Positions 37,079 to 45,841 of a stretch of 64,000 nt of DNA are shown one piece after another. The first letter of the stretch is position 1. Each line of letters starts with the position of its first letter. The stretch is from the NCBI GenBank assembly GCA_964488095.1, contig CAZATP010000013.1, positions 3,576 through 67,575 on the forward strand, written 5' to 3'. Both the position numbers and the translations under genes were made by a program. This stretch comes from an uncultured Chryseobacterium sp. Its GTDB lineage: Bacteria; Bacteroidota; Bacteroidia; UBA10329. The notes beneath the pieces are model-generated. The model worked only from the letters and a program-made list of their open reading frames with translations, was not told the origin of the DNA and made no database searches.

Positions 37079-37723
37079 TCACCCCCCCACGAACACCCCC
37101 CGTTTCACCTCGTCCTCGGCAAAGAGCACATCGGCAGCGAGCTGAATGCGCTGCACGAAGCTCCACATGTGAAGGAAGGCGCGTTTGCGCTGCGCGGTGA
37201 GGCGGGTGCGCACGCGCTTCTTGTATTCGTGCTGCACCTCGGCATCGGTGAGGGCGTTGGCGGTGTCGAGCAGGGCCTGTGTGTGGGCGGGGGTCATGCC
37301 CTTGGCGGAGAGCTCGGGGGCGTGGTCGAGGGCCAGGAGGTGCATGGTGCGCACGGCAACGGCATAGTGGGCCGGGGCATAGCGGAACTTGACGAGGCGC
37401 TCGAAGCCGAACACCCGGAGGTCGTCCTTGGCGGTGAAGGCGAGGCTGGCATAGTAGCGCAGGTCGCGCACGGCAGCCGCGCAGGCGGCCATCTGCTCGC
37501 CCGTGACGGCCGCGCTGATCTGCTGGTCGTCCACGGTGGTCTCGTCCGTGGGCATGGTGAGGGCATCCTCGATGGCCTGCAGCCAGGCATCGCGGAAGGC
37601 GGGGCCGAGGTCGGGGTCGTAGGCCTCGAACTCGGGCAGGAACTCCTCATAGACCTTGCACATGCGCGAGGCGATGGTGAGGGCGCGGGCATCGGTGTGG
37701 CTGTAGGGGCGGGTGTTGCTCAT
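37079..37723 (-). CDS. hypothetical protein, paralogous to the N-terminal domain of the 38540-39535 product
   Basis: 214 aa. Alignable by eye to the downstream paralogue (…DPDLGPAFRDAWLQAIEDAL… vs …DSDFASPDFETDWQAAIDASL…; …AKGMTPAHTQALLDTANALTD… vs …AKGFTPTMLAEINTLTDN…). Confidence 0.55.
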   Translation of the reverse strand: MSNTRPYSHTDARALTIASRMCKVYEEFLPEFEAYDPDLGPAFRDAWLQAIEDALTMPTDETTVDDQQISAAVTGEQMAACAAAVRDLRYYASLAFTAKDDLRVFGFERLVKFRYAPAHYAVAVRTMHLLALDHAPELSAKGMTPAHTQALLDTANALTDAEVQHEYKKRVRTRLTAQRKRAFLHMWSFVQRIQLAADVLFAEDEVKRGVFVGG

Positions 37724-37984
37724 GGCGATGGGGTGTTTGTTGCGCTACGCACGTTGGTCAGCGGGTTGCAGGTGTTCGGCACGGCTCATCCTGCCGCAGA
37801 TGGCAGCATGCATGCCACGGATGGTGCTGTTCGTGCATAGGGCGGATGATTGCAGGGCACGGAAACAATATTACAAGACAAATTTATGAAGCCCCACTGA
37901 TCCGACAATAAACAGCATCCTTTCGTCATAAGAGTGCATGCTTGGTCTGGCAGGTCGCACCGATCCGATGCCGTACATCAGTTG

Positions 37985-38236
37985 TGCAAAGTGTTTTCCT
38001 TGGCCTGCAATGTATCTCCCTTCTTGTGCAATGTATGTTCCCAGAGCTGCAATGTTCATCCTGTTGTTTGCTATGTATGTCCTTTGCTATGCTATGTATC
38101 ATCCCAACTATGCATGGTTTATTCCTTGGCCTGCAATGTAATTCCCATGGCATGCTATGTATGTCCTATTCACTGTAATGTCTGTCCTTTGGTCTGCAAG
38201 ACACTATCCTTTTGATGCAGCGTGATTCCCTGCCTG
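37985..38236. repeat. tandem array of about 11-12 head-to-tail 21-bp repeats, consensus TGCAATGTATnTCCyyTnnnn
   Basis: Units at 37985, 38006, 38027, 38048, 38069, 38090, 38111, 38132, 38153, 38174 and 38195, plus a degenerate unit at 38216. Each begins TGC(A/T)ATGT and has TCC at unit positions ~12-16. The array is AT-rich. All three forward frames stay open because of repeat composition. Confidence 0.85.
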
Positions 38237-38384
38237 TTGTTGCGGTCATCTGCCGCATGGGCCAAAAAAAAACCGGAACAGTAAAGAAGTTGGGTGAAGC
38301 GGGATTTCCAGATTATTGCTTGCGGCAATGAGAACGCTGCGCTAAGTTGCTTCGGTTCCCGAAACAAGTTCGGGACAGGCTGTT

Positions 38385-38428
38385 CCTCCCTCGCAATGAC
38401 GGCCATCGGAGCGTCATTGCGAGGGAGG
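38385..38428. other. perfect 17-bp inverted repeat (extendable to ~20 bp with one G-U), 10-nt loop
   Basis: CCTCCCTCGCAATGACG gccatcggag CGTCATTGCGAGGGAGG, about 110 bp downstream of the stop of the minus-strand gene 38540-39535. No adjacent U-tract. It produces mirror-image spurious ORFs on both strands (LPRND…AVIAREE). Confidence 0.75.
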
Positions 38429-38539
38429 AACGAGGAGTGAAGCAATCTCAAACATTGCCCCAACATCTTTATCAGTCCGAAAAAAAACCGCACCCCGCGC
38501 CAAGGCGGGATGAGGTGGGTGGCGCTGTGCGCTGACCGC

Positions 38540-39535
38540 TCAGGGCATGGGCGGCATGGGCGGCATCGGTGGTGGTGAGGATGGCGGCAGGGAGGCATTG
38601 ACCACGGTGGGCTGCTTGGTCTGCTCGCGGGTGAAGGGGATCTGAATCAGCGCAAACCCTGCTGCGCTCACCTTCAGGTTGTAATTGCCCGGGGCCACCT
38701 GTGCCAGACCGAAGTTGCCGTCCTGGTCGGTGGTGGTGGTCATGTTCAGCTCCACGTTCTGCACGGTGGCGCCTGCCACAGGCACGCCCATGCTGCTCAC
38801 ATTGCCCACCACGCTATAGACGCTCGGGTTCTCCGTTCTGCGCGGGAAGAGGAAGATGTTGTATAGCAGCGGATTCTCGGCATAGATCACCTCTGATGCT
38901 TCTCTCACCCGCTGGCTGAAGCCCCATGTGGTGTTGTGCGTCACCACCCGTGCGTTGGTGTCGATGGGCGAGAGGGTGTTGAAGCTGTCCTGCGTGGCAT
39001 CGAGGGCGATGAAGTTGTCGGTCAGCGTGTTGATCTCTGCCAGCATGGTCGGGGTGAACCCCTTTGCGGCCAGGGCAGCGGCATGCTGGTTGGCCGCTTT
39101 GAACATCGACTTCATGAAGACGCGCATGCCCTCCTGCGAACCGTAGACCTCCTGATAGTCATCGAACCCGAACTTGTCGAACACCCTGCGGTTCTGTTCC
39201 GAGGCCGATGGCGGGAACGCCTTGTTGGCGAAATACTTCACCTCTTTCACCTTGAGGGTGATGGCCTTCATGGCCGTGTTCACATGTGCGGTATGGATGC
39301 CCAACTGGTCGTCCCGCGTTTCGGCCGTTCCCACCATCAGACTGGCATCGATGGCCGCCTGCCAATCGGTCTCAAAGTCGGGGCTGGCGAAATCGGAGTC
39401 GAACGCGGTGAAATCGCCCTGATAGGTGATGAAAAGATGGCGATGCATGGATGCGAAAGTCAGCATTGCTGCATCAGATAGATTGTACTGGCGTTTTTCC
39501 ATAGCTTTTAGATTGAGTTTAGAATGAAAAGACAC
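38540..39535 (-). CDS. hypothetical protein: N-terminal domain paralogous to 37079-37723, then a CarboxypepD_reg-like beta-sandwich and a Pro-rich tail (PPSSPPPMPPMPPMP)
   Basis: …VVGNVSSMGVPVAGATVQNVELNMTTTTDQDGNFGLAQVAPGNYNLKVSAAGFA… is a carboxypeptidase-regulatory-like fold motif. The C-terminal PMP repeats are encoded by GGCATGGGC repeats. Confidence 0.6.
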   Translation of the reverse strand: MSFHSKLNLKAMEKRQYNLSDAAMLTFASMHRHLFITYQGDFTAFDSDFASPDFETDWQAAIDASLMVGTAETRDDQLGIHTAHVNTAMKAITLKVKEVKYFANKAFPPSASEQNRRVFDKFGFDDYQEVYGSQEGMRVFMKSMFKAANQHAAALAAKGFTPTMLAEINTLTDNFIALDATQDSFNTLSPIDTNARVVTHNTTWGFSQRVREASEVIYAENPLLYNIFLFPRRTENPSVYSVVGNVSSMGVPVAGATVQNVELNMTTTTDQDGNFGLAQVAPGNYNLKVSAAGFALIQIPFTREQTKQPTVVNASLPPSSPPPMPPMPPMP

Positions 39536-39699
39536 GCAATTTTATGAATAACGAACAAATGGATGAAAACATGCATAAATATCAGAAGTAAAATGGCGGC
39601 CCTCTTCCCGTGCATCTGCATAATGTGAACAAGCACGATCGCCCACACCCACAGAGGTGAAAACTGACTAAGTTTGTACAGAACTCAAACACAGACCCC

Positions 39700-40419
39700 A
39701 TGAAGAACAACGTCCTCTCTCTGATCGGAATTGCAGTGGTCATTTCATTCCTCCTTGCCTCCTGTGGCTCGGTAGAGATCACGAAGCGCAGGCACCTGCC
39801 GGGCTACCATGTGGACCTTGGCCACAAGCATCAGCAGCCCCGTGCAGCCACCGTTGCCGCGAGTGCGGAACGGAGTGCGGACATGGCCGCCATGGAGCCC
39901 ACCGGACACACGGCCGTGCTGCCGCAGGCTGCTGCCGAACCGGTGCTGACCGCTTTGCCCTACGAGGCGTCTGCGGCCCATCTGTCGGGAACGGCCGCCC
40001 CATCGCGGGTGGAAGCGCTCACCCGGACCCACATCGTGGAGCCCCTTGCCGATCTGCGAGGCGAGAAGATAGGCCGCGAGCTGCGCAGGTCGGTCTTTGC
40101 CGAGGAGGGCGATGAGAAGCATGGCTGGAGCGTGTCGGCCATTATGTCGTTCGGCTTCGGTGTGCTGGCGTTCATCCTGATGTTCGTGGCCATCGTGTCG
40201 ATGATCGGTCTGGGGACGCTGTGGTTCCTTCCGGCCATCCTCGGGTTCATGTTCGGGCTGGCCGCGCTGGTCACAGGGGCCATCGGCCTGCGGCAGACGC
40301 GTGCCGGAGGACGCAAGGGACGCGGCTTTGCCATAGCGGGGCTCATCTCGGGCATCATCGGCATGGTCATCAGTCTGGTGTCGCTGCTCATCGGTTTCGT
40401 GCGTTCCATCAACAATTGA
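39700..40419 (+). CDS. lipoprotein / membrane-anchored hypothetical protein
   Basis: Lipobox LLASCGS. Ala/Pro-rich linker, then two to three C-terminal TM helices rich in Gly. Confidence 0.5.
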   Translation: MKNNVLSLIGIAVVISFLLASCGSVEITKRRHLPGYHVDLGHKHQQPRAATVAASAERSADMAAMEPTGHTAVLPQAAAEPVLTALPYEASAAHLSGTAAPSRVEALTRTHIVEPLADLRGEKIGRELRRSVFAEEGDEKHGWSVSAIMSFGFGVLAFILMFVAIVSMIGLGTLWFLPAILGFMFGLAALVTGAIGLRQTRAGGRKGRGFAIAGLISGIIGMVISLVSLLIGFVRSINN

Positions 40420-40517
40420 ACGGTCCTTGCGGCAGGTGCAAAGTCCCGTCCGAATGAACTTCGGGCGGGACTTTGTGTTTCAGCCATGCGCTACCTTGCG
40501 CGTCCTTTCCACTGGGC

Positions 40518-41771
40518 ATGAACAATCGCAGTCTGCAGCTCGTCCGCGAGAACATCTTCGTGGCCCTCACCTCCATCCGGGGGCAGTGGCTGCGCACCAT
40601 TCTCACCATGCTCATCATCGCCATCGGCATCACGGCCCTGGTGGGCATCCTCACTTCGATTGACGGCATCCGCGGCTCCATCAACAATAATTTCACGAGC
40701 ATGGGGGCCAACACGTTCACCATCCGCAACAAGGGTTCGAATGTGCGGGTGGGCAATGCGGGGGTCACGCCCAAGGCATTTGAGCGGGTGCACTATAGGG
40801 AGGCGCTGCAGTTCAAGGAACAGTTCAGGTATCCGGCCCGGGTGTCGGTGTCGGCCATGGCCAGTTTCTCGGCCAAGCTGAAGCATGCCTCCAAGAGCAC
40901 CCAGCCCAACATCAATGTGATGGGGTGTGACGATGCCTATTTCGCGGTGAGCGGCTATGAGATAGCCCGGGGGCGCAACTTCTCGGAGCATGAGCAGCGG
41001 TTCGGCATCCCGGTCATCGTCATCGGGGCCGAGGTGGCCAAGGCCATATTCGACAAGAATGTGGACCCGCTGGGCAAACTCATTCTGGTGGGGGCCTACC
41101 GTTACAAGGTCATCGGGGTGCTGGCCGAGAAGGGAAGCAGCATGAGTTTCGGGGGCGACAAGACCTGCATGATACCGCTGGCCAACGCGCGGCAGAACTA
41201 CCTGAAGCCCAACACCTCGTTCACCGTCAGCGTCCTTGCGCCCGGTGCCGACCGGTTGGACGAGGCCATCAGCGAGGCGGTGGGCACCTTCCGCGTGGCC
41301 CGCGGACTCCCTGCCAAGGAACCCAACAACTTCGACATCATCCGCAGCGACAACCTCTCGCGCATCTTGGGCGACAACCTCTATCAGGTGCAGGTGGCAG
41401 GGCTGCTCATCGGCATCGTCACCCTTATGGGCGCGGCCATCGGTCTGATGAACATCATGCTGGTGAGCGTTACGGAGCGCACCCGCGAGATAGGCGTGCG
41501 CAAGGCCCTCGGGGCCACCAAGGCGTTCATCCGGTTGCAGTTCCTTGTGGAGGCGGTGGTCATCTCGGTGATCGGTGGTGCCGTGGGCATCGTGCTGGGC
41601 ATCGCCATCGGCAACGTGGTGTCCAGCTTCATCGGGGGCGGCTTCATCATCCCGTGGTTGTGGATCACCGTGGGCGTGGTGCTGTGTTTCGTCACCGGGG
41701 TGGTGAGCGGCATTTATCCTGCCATCAAGGCCTCGAACCTCGACCCGATCGAGAGTCTGAGGTTTGAGTGA
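40518..41771 (+). CDS. ABC transporter permease, FtsX/MacB-like (no cognate ATPase gene adjacent)
   Basis: N-terminal TM, a large periplasmic domain, and the C-terminal FtsX 3-TM bundle …ERTREIGVRKALGATK…. Confidence 0.75.
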   Translation: MNNRSLQLVRENIFVALTSIRGQWLRTILTMLIIAIGITALVGILTSIDGIRGSINNNFTSMGANTFTIRNKGSNVRVGNAGVTPKAFERVHYREALQFKEQFRYPARVSVSAMASFSAKLKHASKSTQPNINVMGCDDAYFAVSGYEIARGRNFSEHEQRFGIPVIVIGAEVAKAIFDKNVDPLGKLILVGAYRYKVIGVLAEKGSSMSFGGDKTCMIPLANARQNYLKPNTSFTVSVLAPGADRLDEAISEAVGTFRVARGLPAKEPNNFDIIRSDNLSRILGDNLYQVQVAGLLIGIVTLMGAAIGLMNIMLVSVTERTREIGVRKALGATKAFIRLQFLVEAVVISVIGGAVGIVLGIAIGNVVSSFIGGGFIIPWLWITVGVVLCFVTGVVSGIYPAIKASNLDPIESLRFE

Positions 41772-41808
41772 ATTGTTTTAAGAGTTCTACTCCAAAACCA
41801 TTTTCTCC

Positions 41809-42240
41809 ATGAAACCCATCGCCACACTCCTCATCGCCCTGCTGACATTCAACTTGTGCATGGCGCAGAACACATTTACTACTGTGACAAGCGAGAAGGT
41901 TCCTGTACAAGGTGATGAGCTGAAACCGGGTTTCTTTACGCTAGTGGAAAAAATGCCTGCCTATCCAAGTGGCGACAATGCGCTGATACAGTGGATCAGC
42001 AATGAAATGACCTACCCCAAGGAGGCAAAGAAAAAGAGGATAGAGGGAGTGGTTTATGTGAATTACGTGGTAGGCGTAGATGGATCCATTGATTCTGTAT
42101 CGGTGTTACGTAGTGTCCATCCGCTCTTGGATGAAGAAGCGGTACGTGTGATAAGTCTTATTAAAGGATACACGCCCGGCTATCAGCGCGGCAAGCCTGT
42201 GCGGGTACAGTTCACCATTCCGCTGCGGTTCAAACTGTAG
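41809..42240 (+). CDS. TonB C-terminal-domain protein (energy transducer TonB family), signal peptide
   Basis: …PAYPSGDNALIQWISNEMTYPKEAKKKRIEGVVYVNYVVGVDGSI…YTPGYQRGKPV…QFTIPLRFKL is the TonB_C fold. The gene is noticeably AT-richer than its neighbours. Confidence 0.6.
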   Translation: MKPIATLLIALLTFNLCMAQNTFTTVTSEKVPVQGDELKPGFFTLVEKMPAYPSGDNALIQWISNEMTYPKEAKKKRIEGVVYVNYVVGVDGSIDSVSVLRSVHPLLDEEAVRVISLIKGYTPGYQRGKPVRVQFTIPLRFKL

Positions 42241-42329
42241 GACTAATTCACATCCTGGCATACATCCTGTCGCTTATCGCGAACAGCGAATAGCCAACAG
42301 ATCAAAAACAGGTCACCTCCCGAACCAAC

Positions 42330-45300
42330 TCACTCCACCACAACGACCCTCGTCATGTCAACGCCACCCGCGGTGGTGAGCCGCACAGGATAGATGCCTG
42401 CCGCCATGCGCACATCGGTCGTGATCGTATGTGTGCCGCCTGCCATACGGCCATCGTGCAACACGTGTACCGACCTGCCTTGCGTATCGAACAGCTCCAG
42501 ACGCACCGGTCCTTCCTTTGGCAGAGAGATGCGGATACTGGCCTGCCCATTGCTTGGATTCGGAAATACGCTGAGGCCTGCGCCAGTTCCCAATTCGGAG
42601 ATGGACGTGTGGATGAATCCCTGCTCGGTCTGTGGCAGAACGACCTCATCAATCCAAGCGGCATCGGCACCTCCTGTGCAGCACTCCGCATCTTTGAAGT
42701 ATTCCCATAGGAAGGTGTGCTCACCTGCGGAGACCGGGTAACTCACCACGTCCCAAGCTACTTCGCCCGTCCATTCGCCCATCAGCGCACCGTCCATGTG
42801 GAAACGGAGGAAATCCCAGCCCTCCTCGCAGGAGACTTTTCTCGCGAAGCTGATGGTCTGACCTTCCAATATCGAGTCGATGGTGAGTTCGAGCATGGTG
42901 CTCATGCCGTCTCCAACGGCCCCCGACTGGCTGCAATACGATCCCTCGTAGGGCTGCTGGTCGGTGGTGAACCATTCGGCAGCGCCATAGGAGCTCCATT
43001 CGTGCTGGTCGAAGGCGTTCGATTCCCAGTCCTCGATAACAAGGTTGAATGCCTCATTGAAGGAACAATCGGTGGCATAGACCCCGGTCTGTGCCTCGAA
43101 CTCCAGCGACACGGTGCTGCCCGCAGGTATCTGATTCGCCACCGTCACCACCATCTGCACCACGAGCGATTGCCCTGCATTCAATTGGGAGAGCTGCACG
43201 GTCGGGTCCAGCATATTCAGATAGGCGCCCGCGTTGTTCAATTGTGCAAGTATGTCGTTGGCGGCAGCATGTCCCGTGTTGCTCAGCTCGAAGCGCAGGG
43301 TGGCCGTCTCACCGCTCTCCAGCCTTCCGTTGCCATTTCCTGCGCTGTCATCGATATCGAAACTGCCACAGCTGAGCACCGGTGCGTTCACAAGGAGGCT
43401 GAAGCTGGAGGTCCAGGTATTGCCGTCTGTGTCGGTGATGGTGAGGGTGAAGACCGCCACATGCTGGTCGGGCACATCATCGGCCACTTGCACCGCATAC
43501 GCCCCGGTCTGCAACAGCGAATTGCCGTCCGTGATGTCACCCCAAACGTGGTGGTCGTCCGTGATGGTGATATACGGACTGCTGGTGCTGAGCGTGGCCT
43601 CCACGCCATTGGCGGTGCTCAGGCCGAGGTTGGCCAGTGATACGTTGAGCAGGGCCGACTCATTGTAGTCCAGCATCTGATTGTTGTTGGCCAGCAGATC
43701 GTTCACCACATGCAGGTTGCTGCTGACGAACGGCCCTTCGGCAGGCACTACTGCAATGTCACCCAAATAGGAAGTGTGGTTGAAAGCCGTTCCTGTGACC
43801 ACGATAGGGTCGAGCGATGTTAGCGGGGCGATATCGATGGTCACAGAGCCGCCCACCATGTATCCCGTGCCGATGATCTCCCCATTCACCGTAAGGGCCA
43901 CAAAGGCATCGGGCGTGGGGGAGCTGAAGGCGATCTGCTGCGTAACGAGCGGTGTGCTCATCGCGTGGTTCACCATGAGCGTGGCCGGGTTGGCGGTGCG
44001 CATGTAGGCGGTAGGGTCGCCAAAGAGCACCCAGGTGTCCATGATGTCCACCCCGCCATCGCCATAATCGTCAAGCGTCTTCATGATGCCGTTCACCCCG
44101 ATACCACCAATGCTGCGCTGGATATTGTCCGCATAGGAGCGGGTAAGGATGTCGGTCATCTCCATCTGGCCCGACATGGGCGGTGCCCAGCTCTGGTTGA
44201 TGGTGGCCCCATAGAATCCGATGGAACCTGCGGGCTGGCCGTTGTGCTCTGCACGCGCCATGCTCTCGGCAATGCAGGTACCTCCGAAGAACACCCCGTT
44301 CTGGCAGGCCACCGCCACCCAGAAGGGGTATTTGCCCACGTTGACCAGGTTGTCAGCATCCGTATTGGAGAATCCAGAAGTGCCGCACTGGTTCATCGAG
44401 CCATGGCCTGTGTAGTTCACGAAACTCAGTCCTTGGTCCACGGCCTGCGCCACCATCTGATAGGTCGGGTGCTCTGGGGCATCGGTGCCGCCCTGCGAGC
44501 CTTCATACATCTCCGCATAACTGGTGTAGGTGAAGCTCATCAGTTTCTCACCGATAAGGCGCGAATGCTCGTAGTCGATCAATCCGTTGTGCCCATACCC
44601 ATCGCCCTCCTCAGAGGCAATGCCCATGGCCTGCGCATACCAGCCCGCACCCCCGTTGCCATTGTCCGTTTGGGCAAATTTCTCGTAGGCCAAGGTGCGG
44701 TTCACCATGGTGGTGACGTGCGCTGCCGTCTCCGCAGAGAACCGTCCCACGATAACCTCCGGATAGGCATCATCGCCAAGGATGTATCCGAATGCATTGT
44801 CAGAAAAGCCATAACTGGTCTCGAAAGCGGGGATGTGCTCAAAATCACCCACGATGAGCAGGAAGGTCAGGCCATTGGTGGCGTAGTAGTTGGCCACATA
44901 GTCTTTGAGCTGCTGGGCCGTGGTGCCGACCGAGGCGAAGGTCACCATCTCTGTGGCAATGCCCTTCTGCTTTTTCCACGCCACGAAAGGCGCCATCTGC
45001 TGCACATAGGCCGGATGGCACACGATGAGCAGCTTGCCCTCGTCCGACACCGGTGTGTAGCGCGAGCCATCGGCACCGTGATTCAGGAAATGACGGTCGT
45101 ACGTGTGCAGGAATTCTGAAGGGATACGCGTTGGGTCATCCGCCCGTTCGAGGGTATTGATGCCCCCGCTGCCCGTGGTGCGCACCTCCACCGTGATGTC
45201 CTGATAAACGCGCATCACACGGGTCACAGGGTTGTACTGCACCGGATGGAATACCACAGTGAGGCCACGATGGTCGCGCAGAATGAACGGGCTGCGCACA

Positions 45301-45755
45301 GCGGCCGGAGTAGCGGGGAAGAACGCGTCCTGCTGATAGGCCGGGCCATAGGTGTAGGGCACAGTCGCAGGGTCGGTGTTCCTGTACAGATTGCCCTTGG
45401 ACGGAGCCACGTTCACATCCTGATACTCCACATACCGCGCATCTACAACTTCCACTGCCGATGTCCCGTGGTCAGGTATGATGATGGATGAGGTCAACTT
45501 CGGCAGGTCGGGTAAACCGCGCTCCAGCATAGGTGTGCCCTTGCTCAGCACAGGGATGATGGCAGTGCCTTGTGGTGTGCTCACCTGCTGCTGGCGCAAT
45601 TCGCCTATGGTTGCCTTTAACACCACCACACCTTCTTGCTCACTGAGCACTTCGATATTGGTGATTCCTGAGTTCTCAAGTTCAACCGACTGCTGGGCAT
45701 TCATGCTGCCGAACGACAGCGAAACGGTGATGAGGGACAGCAGAAGTTTTTTCAT
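42330..45755 (-). CDS. peptidase C25 (gingipain-like cysteine protease) family protein with T9SS C-terminal sorting domain
   Basis: Signal peptide MKKLLLSLITVSLSFGSMNAQQ. A gingipain-like propeptide and catalytic region are followed by beta-sandwich modules. The C-terminal …LSVFPNPSNGQASIRISLPKEGPVRLELFDTQGRSV… matches the T9SS CTD. Confidence 0.8.
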   Translation of the reverse strand: MKKLLLSLITVSLSFGSMNAQQSVELENSGITNIEVLSEQEGVVVLKATIGELRQQQVSTPQGTAIIPVLSKGTPMLERGLPDLPKLTSSIIIPDHGTSAVEVVDARYVEYQDVNVAPSKGNLYRNTDPATVPYTYGPAYQQDAFFPATPAAVRSPFILRDHRGLTVVFHPVQYNPVTRVMRVYQDITVEVRTTGSGGINTLERADDPTRIPSEFLHTYDRHFLNHGADGSRYTPVSDEGKLLIVCHPAYVQQMAPFVAWKKQKGIATEMVTFASVGTTAQQLKDYVANYYATNGLTFLLIVGDFEHIPAFETSYGFSDNAFGYILGDDAYPEVIVGRFSAETAAHVTTMVNRTLAYEKFAQTDNGNGGAGWYAQAMGIASEEGDGYGHNGLIDYEHSRLIGEKLMSFTYTSYAEMYEGSQGGTDAPEHPTYQMVAQAVDQGLSFVNYTGHGSMNQCGTSGFSNTDADNLVNVGKYPFWVAVACQNGVFFGGTCIAESMARAEHNGQPAGSIGFYGATINQSWAPPMSGQMEMTDILTRSYADNIQRSIGGIGVNGIMKTLDDYGDGGVDIMDTWVLFGDPTAYMRTANPATLMVNHAMSTPLVTQQIAFSSPTPDAFVALTVNGEIIGTGYMVGGSVTIDIAPLTSLDPIVVTGTAFNHTSYLGDIAVVPAEGPFVSSNLHVVNDLLANNNQMLDYNESALLNVSLANLGLSTANGVEATLSTSSPYITITDDHHVWGDITDGNSLLQTGAYAVQVADDVPDQHVAVFTLTITDTDGNTWTSSFSLLVNAPVLSCGSFDIDDSAGNGNGRLESGETATLRFELSNTGHAAANDILAQLNNAGAYLNMLDPTVQLSQLNAGQSLVVQMVVTVANQIPAGSTVSLEFEAQTGVYATDCSFNEAFNLVIEDWESNAFDQHEWSSYGAAEWFTTDQQPYEGSYCSQSGAVGDGMSTMLELTIDSILEGQTISFARKVSCEEGWDFLRFHMDGALMGEWTGEVAWDVVSYPVSAGEHTFLWEYFKDAECCTGGADAAWIDEVVLPQTEQGFIHTSISELGTGAGLSVFPNPSNGQASIRISLPKEGPVRLELFDTQGRSVHVLHDGRMAGGTHTITTDVRMAAGIYPVRLTTAGGVDMTRVVVVE

Positions 45756-45841
45756 GGGGTATTGGTTTGTGGGCGGCAATCGGAAGCGTTTCGTCAAGGA
45801 CGGTGAAACTTCCAAGCAGTTGCGGGCTTCAGTGAATGGGG

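Noticed and set aside
37169-37840. 223-aa Gly/Ala-rich plus-strand ORF
   Set aside because: Antisense to gene 37079-37723, which has a recognisable paralogue at 38540-39535. Low-complexity composition.
37934-38215. Three overlapping plus-strand ORFs encoding Cys-rich heptad repeats (CNVSPFL CNVCSQS …), considered as a possible RiPP-like precursor
   Set aside because: The open frames follow from the 21-bp tandem repeat lacking stop triplets in all three phases. The region is AT-rich with codon usage unlike the genome, and no convincing start or RBS is present. Retained only as a low-probability alternative in the repeat finding.
37985-38236. CRISPR array
   Set aside because: The repeats are contiguous with no intervening unique spacers, the units are degenerate rather than identical, and no cas genes are present.
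43965-45119. 384-aa plus-strand ORF, with 42717-43640 alongside
   Set aside because: Antisense to the C25 protease gene.
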